Source: Candidatus Paracaedimonas acanthamoebae
GTDB lineage: Bacteria > Pseudomonadota > Alphaproteobacteria > Caedimonadales > Caedimonadaceae
Reading direction: 5' to 3'
Length of the DNA stretch: 32,000 nt
NCBI GenBank assembly: GCA_000743035.1
Contig: CP008936.1
Location: 1,410,001 to 1,442,000 of the forward strand
Both the position numbers and the translations under genes were made by a program. This document shows, piece by piece, positions 8,259-17,165 of this stretch (its first letter is position 1; each line of letters opens with the position of its first letter). The notes beneath the pieces were generated by a model. It was not told the origin of the DNA. It worked only from the letters and a program-made list of their open reading frames with translations, and searched no databases.

Positions 8259-8951
8259 CTATTCCAGCAATCTTTGCTTAAAAGGCTGTCTCCGGGAGCA
8301 GTAAGCAATAAGCCATGCAGTGCCCCTCTTTATGCGGATTACTATATTGAGCAAGTTTTTCAGTCTTATCTCTGTAGTCTGAAGCCAAAATAAAAAGAAA
8401 AGAACGTCCCATTTTTTCTAAGAAATCATCAATTCTAAGATACATATCATCGAAGCATTTCGAATCATTTCCAGCACTCATCAAAATGCCAACTCCCCTA
8501 CCTTTGTCCCACAAAAACGCTTCTTGCCAACTAGAATGAAATTCTCGGTTCATATCGCTGAATGAAATTGAAATAAAATCTACTCCTTCCTTACAATTTT
8601 CTTTAATAATAACAGGGAGAGATTCATCAATATGACCTTTGTAATATATATGTTGCTCAAGAACAACATTAGTGTCAGGAGCAAGACCACAAATAGGACC
8701 TTTTATAAGGGAAACGATCTTATAAGCATGAGAATTCCCCCCATCAATAACAAGAATTTTTGTCCCTTTTCCTGTAAGATTTCGAGACTGTGCCTCCTCA
8801 TAAAAAATGATCTTTTTATGATTCAAAGGAATGAAGCTTGGAAGTTTATTTTGAGATTCTTGTTGAAATTCGGATAAAAAAGGATTCGTATCAGAAGCAA
8901 CAGCCTGCGACAAAAGAATTAACCAAAAAATAAGATGAAATTCCTACTCAT
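7985..8951 (-). pseudogene. Subtilisin-like (peptidase S8) serine protease gene disrupted by at least two frameshifts
   Basis: The minus-strand ATG at 8951, preceded by GGAGG with a 4-nt spacer, opens MSRNFILFF and then hits TAA. A 1-nt shift in the T6 run (plus-strand A6, 8925-8930) joins it to WLILLSQAVASD..., giving a classical signal peptide. ORF 8278-8913 carries VIDGG, NSHAY...GLAPDTNV and SAGNDS. A second shift near 8290-8320 joins ORF 7985-8308, which carries APGDSLLS...FNGTSSATPLVAAAAA. The Asp/His/Asn/Ser motif order is that of subtilases. Confidence 0.55.
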
Positions 8952-9398
8952 TAGACCTCCTACAAGAGTTTATAAAGAAGCAAATAATAAGTTATGATTA
9001 CAAGAAAACTTGACTTATTGAATCTATCGTTAAATTATTTCTTGCAAAAATAAAAGCTTTTTCGCATATCACGAGGGGGCTAATAGAAGAATTCTGAAAA
9101 GAACCAACTTGTCTAAAACATTAAGGTTGGAAAAGTTAAAAGGCTTCAGGACGCTCTTATGTAATAGAACCTTTTAGGATTATGTGTGATACCTTATGTC
9201 TTAGGAATATCACTTCATCTTATTCTCTATAAAATAAATAAGTATAGTAATGCAAAAGAAAATTAATTTTAAAAATTAAGTAAGATCTTATGTGGAAAAC
9301 CATAAAAAAAGAGACCCATAATGATTTGGAGCTGGATTTTTGCGGTGTTCTCGTTAATTTTAAGAAGAAAATTTTATAAAAGAAGAAAGATAACAGTA

Positions 9399-10601
9399 AT
9401 GTTACTGCATTATTTAAATAAATTAAAAACCAATATCCTTTTTCAAATCTTATGTGTATTTACACTCGTGATCATTTGGGGAAATTCTTTTCCTCTTTTT
9501 TTAAAAGAATTTTTCTATGCATTAAGTCTTTCAATTAAGGAAGGGCTTGTTTTTTGCTTACCTGCCATCATCTTTTGTTATCTGACCTCCTGTCTTTTAT
9601 CTTTAAAGCAAGGAGCCTTGAAGTTCATTGTTTTTATTCTTGGTGGAGTTGTTCTTTCAAATACTCTTTCTATTTTGGCCGCGTACGGGGTTAAAATGGG
9701 AGGGTTTTTGGATGTGAGCTTTCAAGCCGCAACTGTTATTACATCAGCAAAGACTTTAGCACCTTTATGGCACTGTCACTTACCTCTTTTAATTAAAAAT
9801 GATTGGGCCTTGTTTGCTGGCTTAGGAATTGGAGGTTTGTTAGGTCTTTTCCCTCAGCCTATCCTTGAACAACACTTAACTAACCTTCGAAAAAAAGTGG
9901 ATTATTTTTTGGCTAAAATTTTTATTCCGCTGCTTCCTTTATTTATTTTAGGATTTATCTTGAAATTAAGTCATGAAGGTCAGCTCCATCCCATCCTTAA
10001 GAATTATGCCTCTATGTTTGGAGTGATTCTTGGAGCTCTTTCACTTTATATTATTGTGATGTACGGGATGGCTGTGAGATTTAACCCTCGAGATTGGATA
10101 ACATGTCTGAAGAATGTTTTCCCTGCTGCTATTACAGGGTTTTCAACGATGTCCAGTGCGGCAACGATGCCGGTGACCCTTTATGCTGCTGAAAAAAATA
10201 CGCATGGGAATAAAATGGTCGAAGCTATTATTCCGGCGACTGTGAACATTCACCTTTTGGGCGATTCAATAGGTGTTCCTATTATGGTCATGGTGGTGAT
10301 GGCGGCGTTTGGGCATCCTCCCATGGATTTTTCAACTTACCTTCTTTTTACAGGGTATTTTTTGATAACAAAGTTTGCGATTGCGGCGATTCCTGGCGCA
10401 ACAATTATCCTGATGGTGCCTGTCCTTGAGGCGCATTTCGGCTTTACCGCTGAAATGTCTGCGTTGATTACCTCGATCTATATCTTATTCGACCCCGTGA
10501 TTACGGCTGCAAATGTAACTGGTAATGGGGCGTTTGCAATTCTTTTTACAAATTTACTCAGCAAAAAAACAGCACGTCCTCAACAAGGTTTCATTGATTA
10601 A
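9399..10601 (+). CDS. Dicarboxylate/amino acid:cation symporter (DAACS / GltP family)
   Basis: Polytopic membrane protein with the family motif FSTMSSAATMPVT and a reentrant-loop-like ATIILMVPVL region. The ATG at 9399 gives 400 aa, the typical family size. The track start at 9321 is an alternative. Confidence 0.85.
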   Translation: MLLHYLNKLKTNILFQILCVFTLVIIWGNSFPLFLKEFFYALSLSIKEGLVFCLPAIIFCYLTSCLLSLKQGALKFIVFILGGVVLSNTLSILAAYGVKMGGFLDVSFQAATVITSAKTLAPLWHCHLPLLIKNDWALFAGLGIGGLLGLFPQPILEQHLTNLRKKVDYFLAKIFIPLLPLFILGFILKLSHEGQLHPILKNYASMFGVILGALSLYIIVMYGMAVRFNPRDWITCLKNVFPAAITGFSTMSSAATMPVTLYAAEKNTHGNKMVEAIIPATVNIHLLGDSIGVPIMVMVVMAAFGHPPMDFSTYLLFTGYFLITKFAIAAIPGATIILMVPVLEAHFGFTAEMSALITSIYILFDPVITAANVTGNGAFAILFTNLLSKKTARPQQGFID

Positions 10602-10613
10602 AAGAGAACACTC

Positions 10614-12110
10614 TTAAGCTTTAGGACGCATTGTTGGAAAGGCAATGACATCCCGAATACTTGGCGAATTTGTTAACAGCATAACAAGTCGATCAATACC
10701 TATTCCAAGGCCGCCTGTGGGAGGAAAACCATATTCCAGCGCCGTGATGAAGTCTTGATCAAACGGCATTGTTTCTTCATTGCCGCGGGCTTTAGCGGCT
10801 ACTTGCGCTTCAAACCGCCCTTTTTGATCTAAGGGGTCTGCAAGCTCAGAAAAACCATTGGCAATCTCCCACGCATTCACATAGGTCTCAAAACGCTCCG
10901 TGAGGCGCGAATTTTGAGGATGTGGTTTCGCAAGGGGTGAGATATCAAGTGGGAACTCTATTACATGAGTAGGTTGAATTAAGGTGTGCTCAACCTTTTC
11001 CGCAAACAGGGTCTCAACGACACGTCCCCATGAGTCAGCCTCGCTGGCATTGATCCCAGCTTTTTGAGCCGCAGCCTTAGCTTCTTCAAGAGAGTAAATA
11101 TTGTTAAAATCAATACCCGTGGCTTCTTTGACAAGTTCTAACATTGGCTTACGGGTCCACGGCGCCTTAAAATTGATCTGAATATCGTTAAAGTCAAATT
11201 GAAGCTTCCCAAAGACTTTTTCGGCAACAGCGGAAACAAGACTTTCCGTTAATTCCATCATCTTGTTCCCATCAGCATAAGCTTCATAGATCTCGATCAT
11301 CGTAAACTCAGGATTATGGCGCGTTGACAGACCTTCATTACGGAAGTTGCGATTAATCTCAAATACTTTTTCAGAAAGGCCACCAATAATAAGCCTCTTG
11401 AGATAAAGCTCGGGCGCGATCCTTAGATAAAGATCCATATCAAGCGCATTGTGGTGGGTAATGAATGGTTTAGCAGCTGCACCACCCGCCAAGACATGCA
11501 ACATCGGGGTTTCCACTTCAAGAAATTCTTTTTGGCTTAAATACTCTCGAATGGCAGCGACAATTTGGGAGCGGTCGCGGAGCGTTTGCCGAGACTCTGG
11601 ATTTGCAATTAAATCAAGGTATCGTTGCCGATAGCGTGTTTCAAGATCTTGAAGACCATGATATTTCTCAGGAGGAGGAAGCAAGCTTTTGCAAAGGAGT
11701 GTAACTTCTTCAGCATTCACAGTAATCTCGCCGCGAGGTGTACGCCGCACGATTCCCTCAACGCCAATAAAATCTCCTAAATCAAGGAGCTTAATTAGCT
11801 CAAGTTGCTCTTCACTCAGATGATTTTTATGACAGAAGATTTGGAGCTTTTCATAAGGATCCCAGAGATCAATAAACATACCGCTGTTACGAATTGAGGC
11901 AATGCGTCCAGCAACACGAACTTTCTCAGAGGTCTCGTGGCCTGCCTCAAGATATGCATAAGCTTGCTGAATTTGGCTCAATGTATGGGTTTTATTGTAG
12001 CCAGAAGGATAAGGATCAATTCCTTTCTGACGCAAATTTTCAAGTTTTTTTAATCTCACACTGCGGAATTCGTTTTCATCTTCAACAGGAGTATTTAATG
12101 GGGTTGTCAT
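10614..12110 (-). CDS. lysS: Lysine--tRNA ligase, class II
   Basis: 498 aa. OB-fold N-terminal region, RYRQRYLDLI, motif 2 region FEINRNFRNEG, motif 3 GGLGIGIDRLVMLL. Confidence 0.95.
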   Translation of the reverse strand: MTTPLNTPVEDENEFRSVRLKKLENLRQKGIDPYPSGYNKTHTLSQIQQAYAYLEAGHETSEKVRVAGRIASIRNSGMFIDLWDPYEKLQIFCHKNHLSEEQLELIKLLDLGDFIGVEGIVRRTPRGEITVNAEEVTLLCKSLLPPPEKYHGLQDLETRYRQRYLDLIANPESRQTLRDRSQIVAAIREYLSQKEFLEVETPMLHVLAGGAAAKPFITHHNALDMDLYLRIAPELYLKRLIIGGLSEKVFEINRNFRNEGLSTRHNPEFTMIEIYEAYADGNKMMELTESLVSAVAEKVFGKLQFDFNDIQINFKAPWTRKPMLELVKEATGIDFNNIYSLEEAKAAAQKAGINASEADSWGRVVETLFAEKVEHTLIQPTHVIEFPLDISPLAKPHPQNSRLTERFETYVNAWEIANGFSELADPLDQKGRFEAQVAAKARGNEETMPFDQDFITALEYGFPPTGGLGIGIDRLVMLLTNSPSIRDVIAFPTMRPKA

Positions 12111-12195
12111 GCAAATGCCTATCGTTTCTTTTGCTGTGCATTCTCCACATAATAGGGTCGAGGGTCAAGAATTTGATCAAAAAGAATACATTTAG

Positions 12196-13203
12196 CTATT
12201 TTTTGATAAGGGCTTCCAAAATTTGAACTGCATTTAAAGCGGCCCCTTTGCGCAGGTTATCTGCAGCAATCCAAAGAGAAAGACCTGAAGCAACGGTTGT
12301 ATCTTGCCGCAAACGACTTACGCAAACAACATCTTCTCCGGCAATTTCCAAAGGGGTGATATAGCCGCCTTCTTCTTGACGATCAAGAACGAAAATACCT
12401 TTTGATTTTTGAAGAGCGGTACGAGCTGTGTCGACTGTAAGCGGCTTCTCAAACTCGACATTTACGGAAAGGCAATGTCCAATAAAAACAGGCACGCGCA
12501 CACATGTTGCCGTAATTTTGAGAGGAGCTTCAAAAATTTTCCGTGTCTCAAGTGCTATTTTTTCTTCTTCGGCCGTGAATCCGTTCTGATGAAAGCGATC
12601 AATTTGGGGAATGAGGTTAAAAGCAATTTGTTTTGGAAAGACATCTTCAGGGATGCTTTCATTCACAAGTATTGCTCTTGTTTGGTTGAAAAGCTCATCC
12701 ATTGCAGCCGATCCAGCGCCTGAGACTGATTGATAGGTCGAAAGAACGATTCGTTTAATTCCTGCAAGATCGTGTAAAGGTTTAAGGGCTACAGTTAAAG
12801 GAATAACAACGCAATTAGGGCTTGCAATGATGCCACGCTTTGGTTTTTCTTGAAGGCGATGGCTATTCACTTCAGGAACAAGGAGAGGGACATCTGGCTC
12901 TAGCCGAAAATGAGAGCTTTTATCCACAATGATGGCACCTGCAGCAGCGGCCTTTGGAAGATATTGCGCCGCAATTTTAGAGTCCACGGCAGAAATTACG
13001 AAATCAACACCTGTAAAATTAAATTCTTCAAGCACTTTCACAGGAAGAACTTTATCTTCTCCAAAGGATACTTCTGTGCCTTTTGAACGTTTAGAGGCTA
13101 AGGCAAAGACTTCTTTAATTGGGAAACGACGTTCGGCTAAAATATTTAATGCTTCTCGGCCAACGTTGCCTGTTGCCCCCATAATTGCAATGCGATAAGT
13201 CAT
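12196..13203 (-). CDS. asd: Aspartate-semialdehyde dehydrogenase
   Basis: IAIMGATGNVG Rossmann motif, active-site ASPNCVVIP, C-terminal AADNLRKGAALNAVQILE. The ATG at 13203 with AGGAA 6 nt upstream is preferred over the GTG at 13233. Confidence 0.9.
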   Translation of the reverse strand: MTYRIAIMGATGNVGREALNILAERRFPIKEVFALASKRSKGTEVSFGEDKVLPVKVLEEFNFTGVDFVISAVDSKIAAQYLPKAAAAGAIIVDKSSHFRLEPDVPLLVPEVNSHRLQEKPKRGIIASPNCVVIPLTVALKPLHDLAGIKRIVLSTYQSVSGAGSAAMDELFNQTRAILVNESIPEDVFPKQIAFNLIPQIDRFHQNGFTAEEEKIALETRKIFEAPLKITATCVRVPVFIGHCLSVNVEFEKPLTVDTARTALQKSKGIFVLDRQEEGGYITPLEIAGEDVVCVSRLRQDTTVASGLSLWIAADNLRKGAALNAVQILEALIKK

Positions 13204-13287
13204 TTTATGTTCCTGAGGTGTAAGATTCTTCACCTATAATCAAGCTCAAAAAAGAAAGCTAGGATAAAATGATGTTTGGAGATCGGT

Positions 13288-14631
13288 CTAAGCCGCAACT
13301 TCTATAAATTGTCCCCTTTTTATAGGAATCATGGGTTCTAGAGGTGTTTGCGTCCTTAAAAGCTGAGGTACTTTATTTTGGGCGGAAAAGTTTAAAATTT
13401 CAGAGATTGATTTCTCACAAAGAACTTCAACCATTTTATTGAAATAATCAGTTTCCGTGGCAGCATGAGCTCGCTGAACAACCAGATTTAAAACCTTCTC
13501 GTCAACAGTATCTAAAGGAATTTTATGAGGGAGGCTAAATTGAACATGGAAATAATTCTCTCCTTCCTGCATTTCTTCTGCGAGCAGTGCATGGACTGCA
13601 GCTTCTGCACCATTCATGAAGTAAGAAGGGATATTCCCTGGACTGCCAAACCCAAATATTCCAGCATTATCGTTAAATACAATAGGATCTTCATGACCTG
13701 TCCCAATTGAGACCAATTGGATTTCATTGCTATAGAATTCATCAAAAGCGCCTTTTTTTAATAAGCGCTGAGCAAAAGTTTTCGCAAGAGCGGCTGGATC
13801 ATTGGCCGTAATACCACCGTCGACATAATGATGGGCGGCACTAGAAGAGTTTTGATTTCCTAAAAAATCGCCCTCAGAAATTATTTTTTTCGCAAAATAA
13901 GTAGGTGCGGCAGCTGTTGCTTCAGCGGCATCAATGATATTAAGATTTCCTGCAGGTAGGTCTGTCCGAGCATAATCAATCGGACCTTCCCCAGGCATTT
14001 GATTCGTGAGAAGGTGTGCACGCTCATTTCGATCATCATACACAGTTACGGCCACATGAGTTTTAACCTCACTCAGAGTTTTATGCCCCATGTGTTTCTC
14101 AATCGTTTCTCTCAATCCATTTGTTGAATAGGTTGGTCCCCAGATCCCTCCGAACAGCCATTGCCCCCATCCATTTTGTTTAAATATTTGTCGCGTTTCT
14201 GTTTGGTAAAGATCTCTTAGTTCTGTTGCAGGTAGCCCCATCCCTAAGCCGATCGCTTGGATGCCGCCGGTTGAAGTTCCTACAATGACATCAAAAAATT
14301 CGTGAAGTTTTTTGCCTGTCGCCCTATAGATATAGGCTTCAAGAACACATAAAATCTCGGCAGAGCCCACCCCTCTTGCGCCTCCACCTCCTAGCGAAAG
14401 AACACGCACAGGATGCTTATTTTGCTCTTTAAAGTTCGTAGATGGTGAGAATTGAGAGGGGGTATTTTGTTTGAATTCATCTTCTATCGTGTTTGTTGGC
14501 ACAACCATAATATGGCGATGATCTGTCACCTCATCGATGAAATCTTCATGACCTTGCGCAGCATAAACAATTCCCATGAAAGCAAGGCTTATTAATCTTA
14601 TAGCAGCATAAATCTTAATTGTCTTTTTCAT
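13288..14631 (-). CDS. Patatin-like phospholipase with N-terminal signal peptide
   Basis: Signal-like MKKTIKIYAAIRLISLAFMGIVYAAQG. Oxyanion motif GGGGARG (residues 81-87), nucleophile elbow GTSTG (118-122), catalytic Asp motif DGG (271-273). Confidence 0.85.
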   Translation of the reverse strand: MKKTIKIYAAIRLISLAFMGIVYAAQGHEDFIDEVTDHRHIMVVPTNTIEDEFKQNTPSQFSPSTNFKEQNKHPVRVLSLGGGGARGVGSAEILCVLEAYIYRATGKKLHEFFDVIVGTSTGGIQAIGLGMGLPATELRDLYQTETRQIFKQNGWGQWLFGGIWGPTYSTNGLRETIEKHMGHKTLSEVKTHVAVTVYDDRNERAHLLTNQMPGEGPIDYARTDLPAGNLNIIDAAEATAAAPTYFAKKIISEGDFLGNQNSSSAAHHYVDGGITANDPAALAKTFAQRLLKKGAFDEFYSNEIQLVSIGTGHEDPIVFNDNAGIFGFGSPGNIPSYFMNGAEAAVHALLAEEMQEGENYFHVQFSLPHKIPLDTVDEKVLNLVVQRAHAATETDYFNKMVEVLCEKSISEILNFSAQNKVPQLLRTQTPLEPMIPIKRGQFIEVAA

Positions 14632-14740
14632 CTTCTTTTTATTACTTATAATAAAATTTATATTTATTTATAAATATTTACGCGAATAAGATTAAAAATG
14701 AATTAAAGACAATTCTTTATTGATTATGAATCAAATCTTC

Positions 14741-14787
14741 ATTAAAGAAAAAGGTTAAATTAAGTTTCTTTTCTTAATTTAACCTTT
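14741..14787 (-). terminator. Rho-independent terminator downstream of ald
   Basis: Perfect 15-bp stem AAAGGTTAAATTAAG / CTTAATTTAACCTTT (14750-14764 and 14773-14787) with an 8-nt loop. On the minus strand it is followed by TTTTTCTTT. It lies 22 nt after the ald stop. Confidence 0.7.
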
Positions 14788-14808
14788 ATGAGAAGTCATA
14801 GAAAATTA

Positions 14809-15927
14809 CTAAAAACCAACAGCTTCATTGGCAGGAACATAAGCATAACCAAGTTCCCTAGCAACAGTTTCGTAAGTGATATGGCCATGGAAGACATTGA
14901 GCCCATGACAGAGATGTGGATCTTCAGCTAGAGCTTTTTTATAGCCTTTATTAGCAAGAGCAAGAACAAAAGGAAGTGTTGCATTGTTGAGTGCGAAGGC
15001 TGACGTACGAGCAACACCACCTGGCATGTTTGCAACACAATAGTGAACAATGCCATCAACAATATAGGTTGGATTGTCATGGGTTGTTGGGCGGCTCGTT
15101 TCAAAACAACCGCCTTGATCGATAGCGACATCAACAAGCACAGAGCCAGGGCGCATTTTTTTGAGCATATCACGTGTTACGAGGCGAGGAGCTGACGCTC
15201 CAGGGACCAAAACGGCGCCAATGACAAGATCCGCTTTCATGACATAACGTTCAACTGCATCAAAAGTTGCATAAATTGTATTAAGGCGAGAACCAAATTC
15301 TGCATCTAATTGCTGAAGTCTTGTAAGAGATCGATCAATAACAGTAACATCTGCCTCGAGACCAATTGACATCCTTAAAGCATTTGTTCCAACCACACCA
15401 CCTCCTAGAACGACGACGTGCGCAGGCTCAACTCCTGGGACACCGCCGAGCAGGACACCAGAACCTCCAGGATATTTCTCAAGGTTATAAGCACCCACCT
15501 GAATTGACATACGCCCTGCAACTTCACTCATAGGACGAAGAAGAGGCAGGCCCCCGGTACGATCTGTAACTGTTTCATAGGCAATCGCAACACATTTTGA
15601 TTTGATGAGTCCTTGAGCCTGTTCAGGATCTGGCGCAAGATGGAGATAGGTAAAAAGAATTTGGTCCTCTTTTAGCATTTTGGTTTCGCTAGGTTGAGGT
15701 TCCTTGACTTTTACAATCATTTCAGCTTGCTCAAAAATTTCTTGAGCAGAAGATTTTATCTGAGCGCCAGCTTTTTTGTAATCTTCATCACTGAAACCAA
15801 TCCCTGCGCCAGCAGCAGTTTCAATGATGATGTCGTGACCATGATAGATAAGTTCACGCACACTACTTGGCACAAGGCCAACACGATATTCGTGCGCTTT
15901 AATTTCTTTAGGAATACCAATACGCAT
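14809..15927 (-). CDS. ald: L-alanine dehydrogenase
   Basis: 372 aa. [18 protein letters not shown] start, [21 protein letters not shown]-binding [22 protein letters not shown]. Confidence 0.93.
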   Translation of the reverse strand: MRIGIPKEIKAHEYRVGLVPSSVRELIYHGHDIIIETAAGAGIGFSDEDYKKAGAQIKSSAQEIFEQAEMIVKVKEPQPSETKMLKEDQILFTYLHLAPDPEQAQGLIKSKCVAIAYETVTDRTGGLPLLRPMSEVAGRMSIQVGAYNLEKYPGGSGVLLGGVPGVEPAHVVVLGGGVVGTNALRMSIGLEADVTVIDRSLTRLQQLDAEFGSRLNTIYATFDAVERYVMKADLVIGAVLVPGASAPRLVTRDMLKKMRPGSVLVDVAIDQGGCFETSRPTTHDNPTYIVDGIVHYCVANMPGGVARTSAFALNNATLPFVLALANKGYKKALAEDPHLCHGLNVFHGHITYETVARELGYAYVPANEAVGF

Positions 15928-16000
15928 TCAATAACTCCTTAGTAAAGAATAGATCTTGCAAAAGGGTATAGGCTGCTTTGGGGAAAAAAGCAAATTGCTT

Positions 16001-17164
16001 TTAAGATAACGTATCTTGTGCATTAGAATTTTGATTATTGATGGGGGGAATTCCTAAGATTTTGAGAGTTCTTATTAAATCACCGCCATCATGAATAAGT
16101 TCAGCAAGTAATTCACTCAAAGACATATGACCCCACGAAACAGCTCTTTGAATCAAATAAGGTGTCGGACTATGAGGTTCTACTTTAGCTAAGTAGTCGG
16201 CAATTTCTGCAAGCATTTGATAGGCTTGTTCACGATTTGTAATTGTATGAGAGGTATCTTTTTTCATCATTTTTTTTACCAAGTTAATAGAAGAAGTAAT
16301 TTTGGAAGATTTTTCTTCTGACATCGCAATTTCATTTTTTTCAGAAGATATTATAAGAGAAAGAGGTTCTCTCTTTTTAAGAATAAGAATAGAAAAATCC
16401 TCTAATTTTTTAACTTCTTGTCGTAAGAGGTTAAGAATAGAAGGATAGCCAGGGCATTTCTGCAAAATAAAAGCTTCTAACTCACTCATGTTTTTAATAG
16501 TATTTTGGCAACTATCGACAAGGTCTTCATAAAATTCTGTCGGAGTCTGAGATTGGCTTTGTAAAAACTGGGACATTTTTACATGAGGTTCATCCTGGGT
16601 AGTTTTGCTTTTTTGAGTTGCTTCATGGCCCATTTTTAGTATGTTATCATAACGAGCTGCAATTTCATAATCTGTATAAGTATACCCTTTATTTTTATTT
16701 TGTGATGCATGAGTAATTGGCATCAATCTAAGAGGTATAAGTAATTTTTCATTTAGCCACTCAAGAGGTGCAAGGCGATACTCAATATCTTCTCCTTGAA
16801 TTTGAGGGTGGAGTGTTGGCCAAAAACTTTTACAAAGTTCAAGACAGAGTGTGATGCCTAATTCCAGACCTCTGATACCATAAAGTCTCAACCATGCATC
16901 TGTAAGCCAAGCGGCAACTTGCAAATCTTTGGAGTCATTTTGCAAGACAGAACAAGACAATTCCTCAACTTTTCCCCAATCTGCTTTTTTTAGCTCTCTC
17001 TGCCAAATACCTAAAGAAAGAGTTTCATCTTCTTCAATACGGGCATTTCGAAGTTGATCATAATGATGCTCATATTGCAAAAACCGACCAGAAGGATCTT
17101 TCCCCTTGATAGGCGTTAAAAGGGAAGAGATTTTCTTTGATGCTTTTTCTAAACCTAAAATCAT
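16001..17164 (-). CDS. tssA: Type VI secretion protein TssA (ImpA family)
   Basis: ImpA_N-type N-terminus (PIKGKDPSGRFLQYEHHYDQLRNARIEED...WQRELKKADWGKV...SKDLQVAAWLTDAWL). C-terminal EPHSPTPYLIQRAVSWGHMSLSELLAEL is typical of TssA/VasJ-type C-termini. Starts 1 nt after the tssM stop. Confidence 0.85.
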   Translation of the reverse strand: MILGLEKASKKISSLLTPIKGKDPSGRFLQYEHHYDQLRNARIEEDETLSLGIWQRELKKADWGKVEELSCSVLQNDSKDLQVAAWLTDAWLRLYGIRGLELGITLCLELCKSFWPTLHPQIQGEDIEYRLAPLEWLNEKLLIPLRLMPITHASQNKNKGYTYTDYEIAARYDNILKMGHEATQKSKTTQDEPHVKMSQFLQSQSQTPTEFYEDLVDSCQNTIKNMSELEAFILQKCPGYPSILNLLRQEVKKLEDFSILILKKREPLSLIISSEKNEIAMSEEKSSKITSSINLVKKMMKKDTSHTITNREQAYQMLAEIADYLAKVEPHSPTPYLIQRAVSWGHMSLSELLAELIHDGGDLIRTLKILGIPPINNQNSNAQDTLS

Positions 17165-17165
17165 T

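Noticed and set aside
9321-9398. 26-codon N-terminal extension of the DAACS transporter (MIWSWIFAVFSLILRRKFYKRRKITV).
   Set aside because: Starting at the ATG at 9399 gives the typical family length and N-terminus. The extension has no family counterpart that I recognise. It remains a possible alternative start.
10602-10615. Mini-hairpin AAGAG-AACA-CTCTT in the 12-bp gap between the convergent DAACS and lysS stops.
   Set aside because: It has only a 5-bp stem and no U-tract on either strand. That is too weak to call a bidirectional terminator.
13288-17164. Possibility that ald and the patatin gene belong to the T6SS operon.
   Set aside because: ald is a conserved housekeeping gene with much higher GC, behind a 73-bp spacer. 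A strong rho-independent terminator (14750-14787) lies between ald and the patatin gene. Co-orientation alone is not evidence of co-function.
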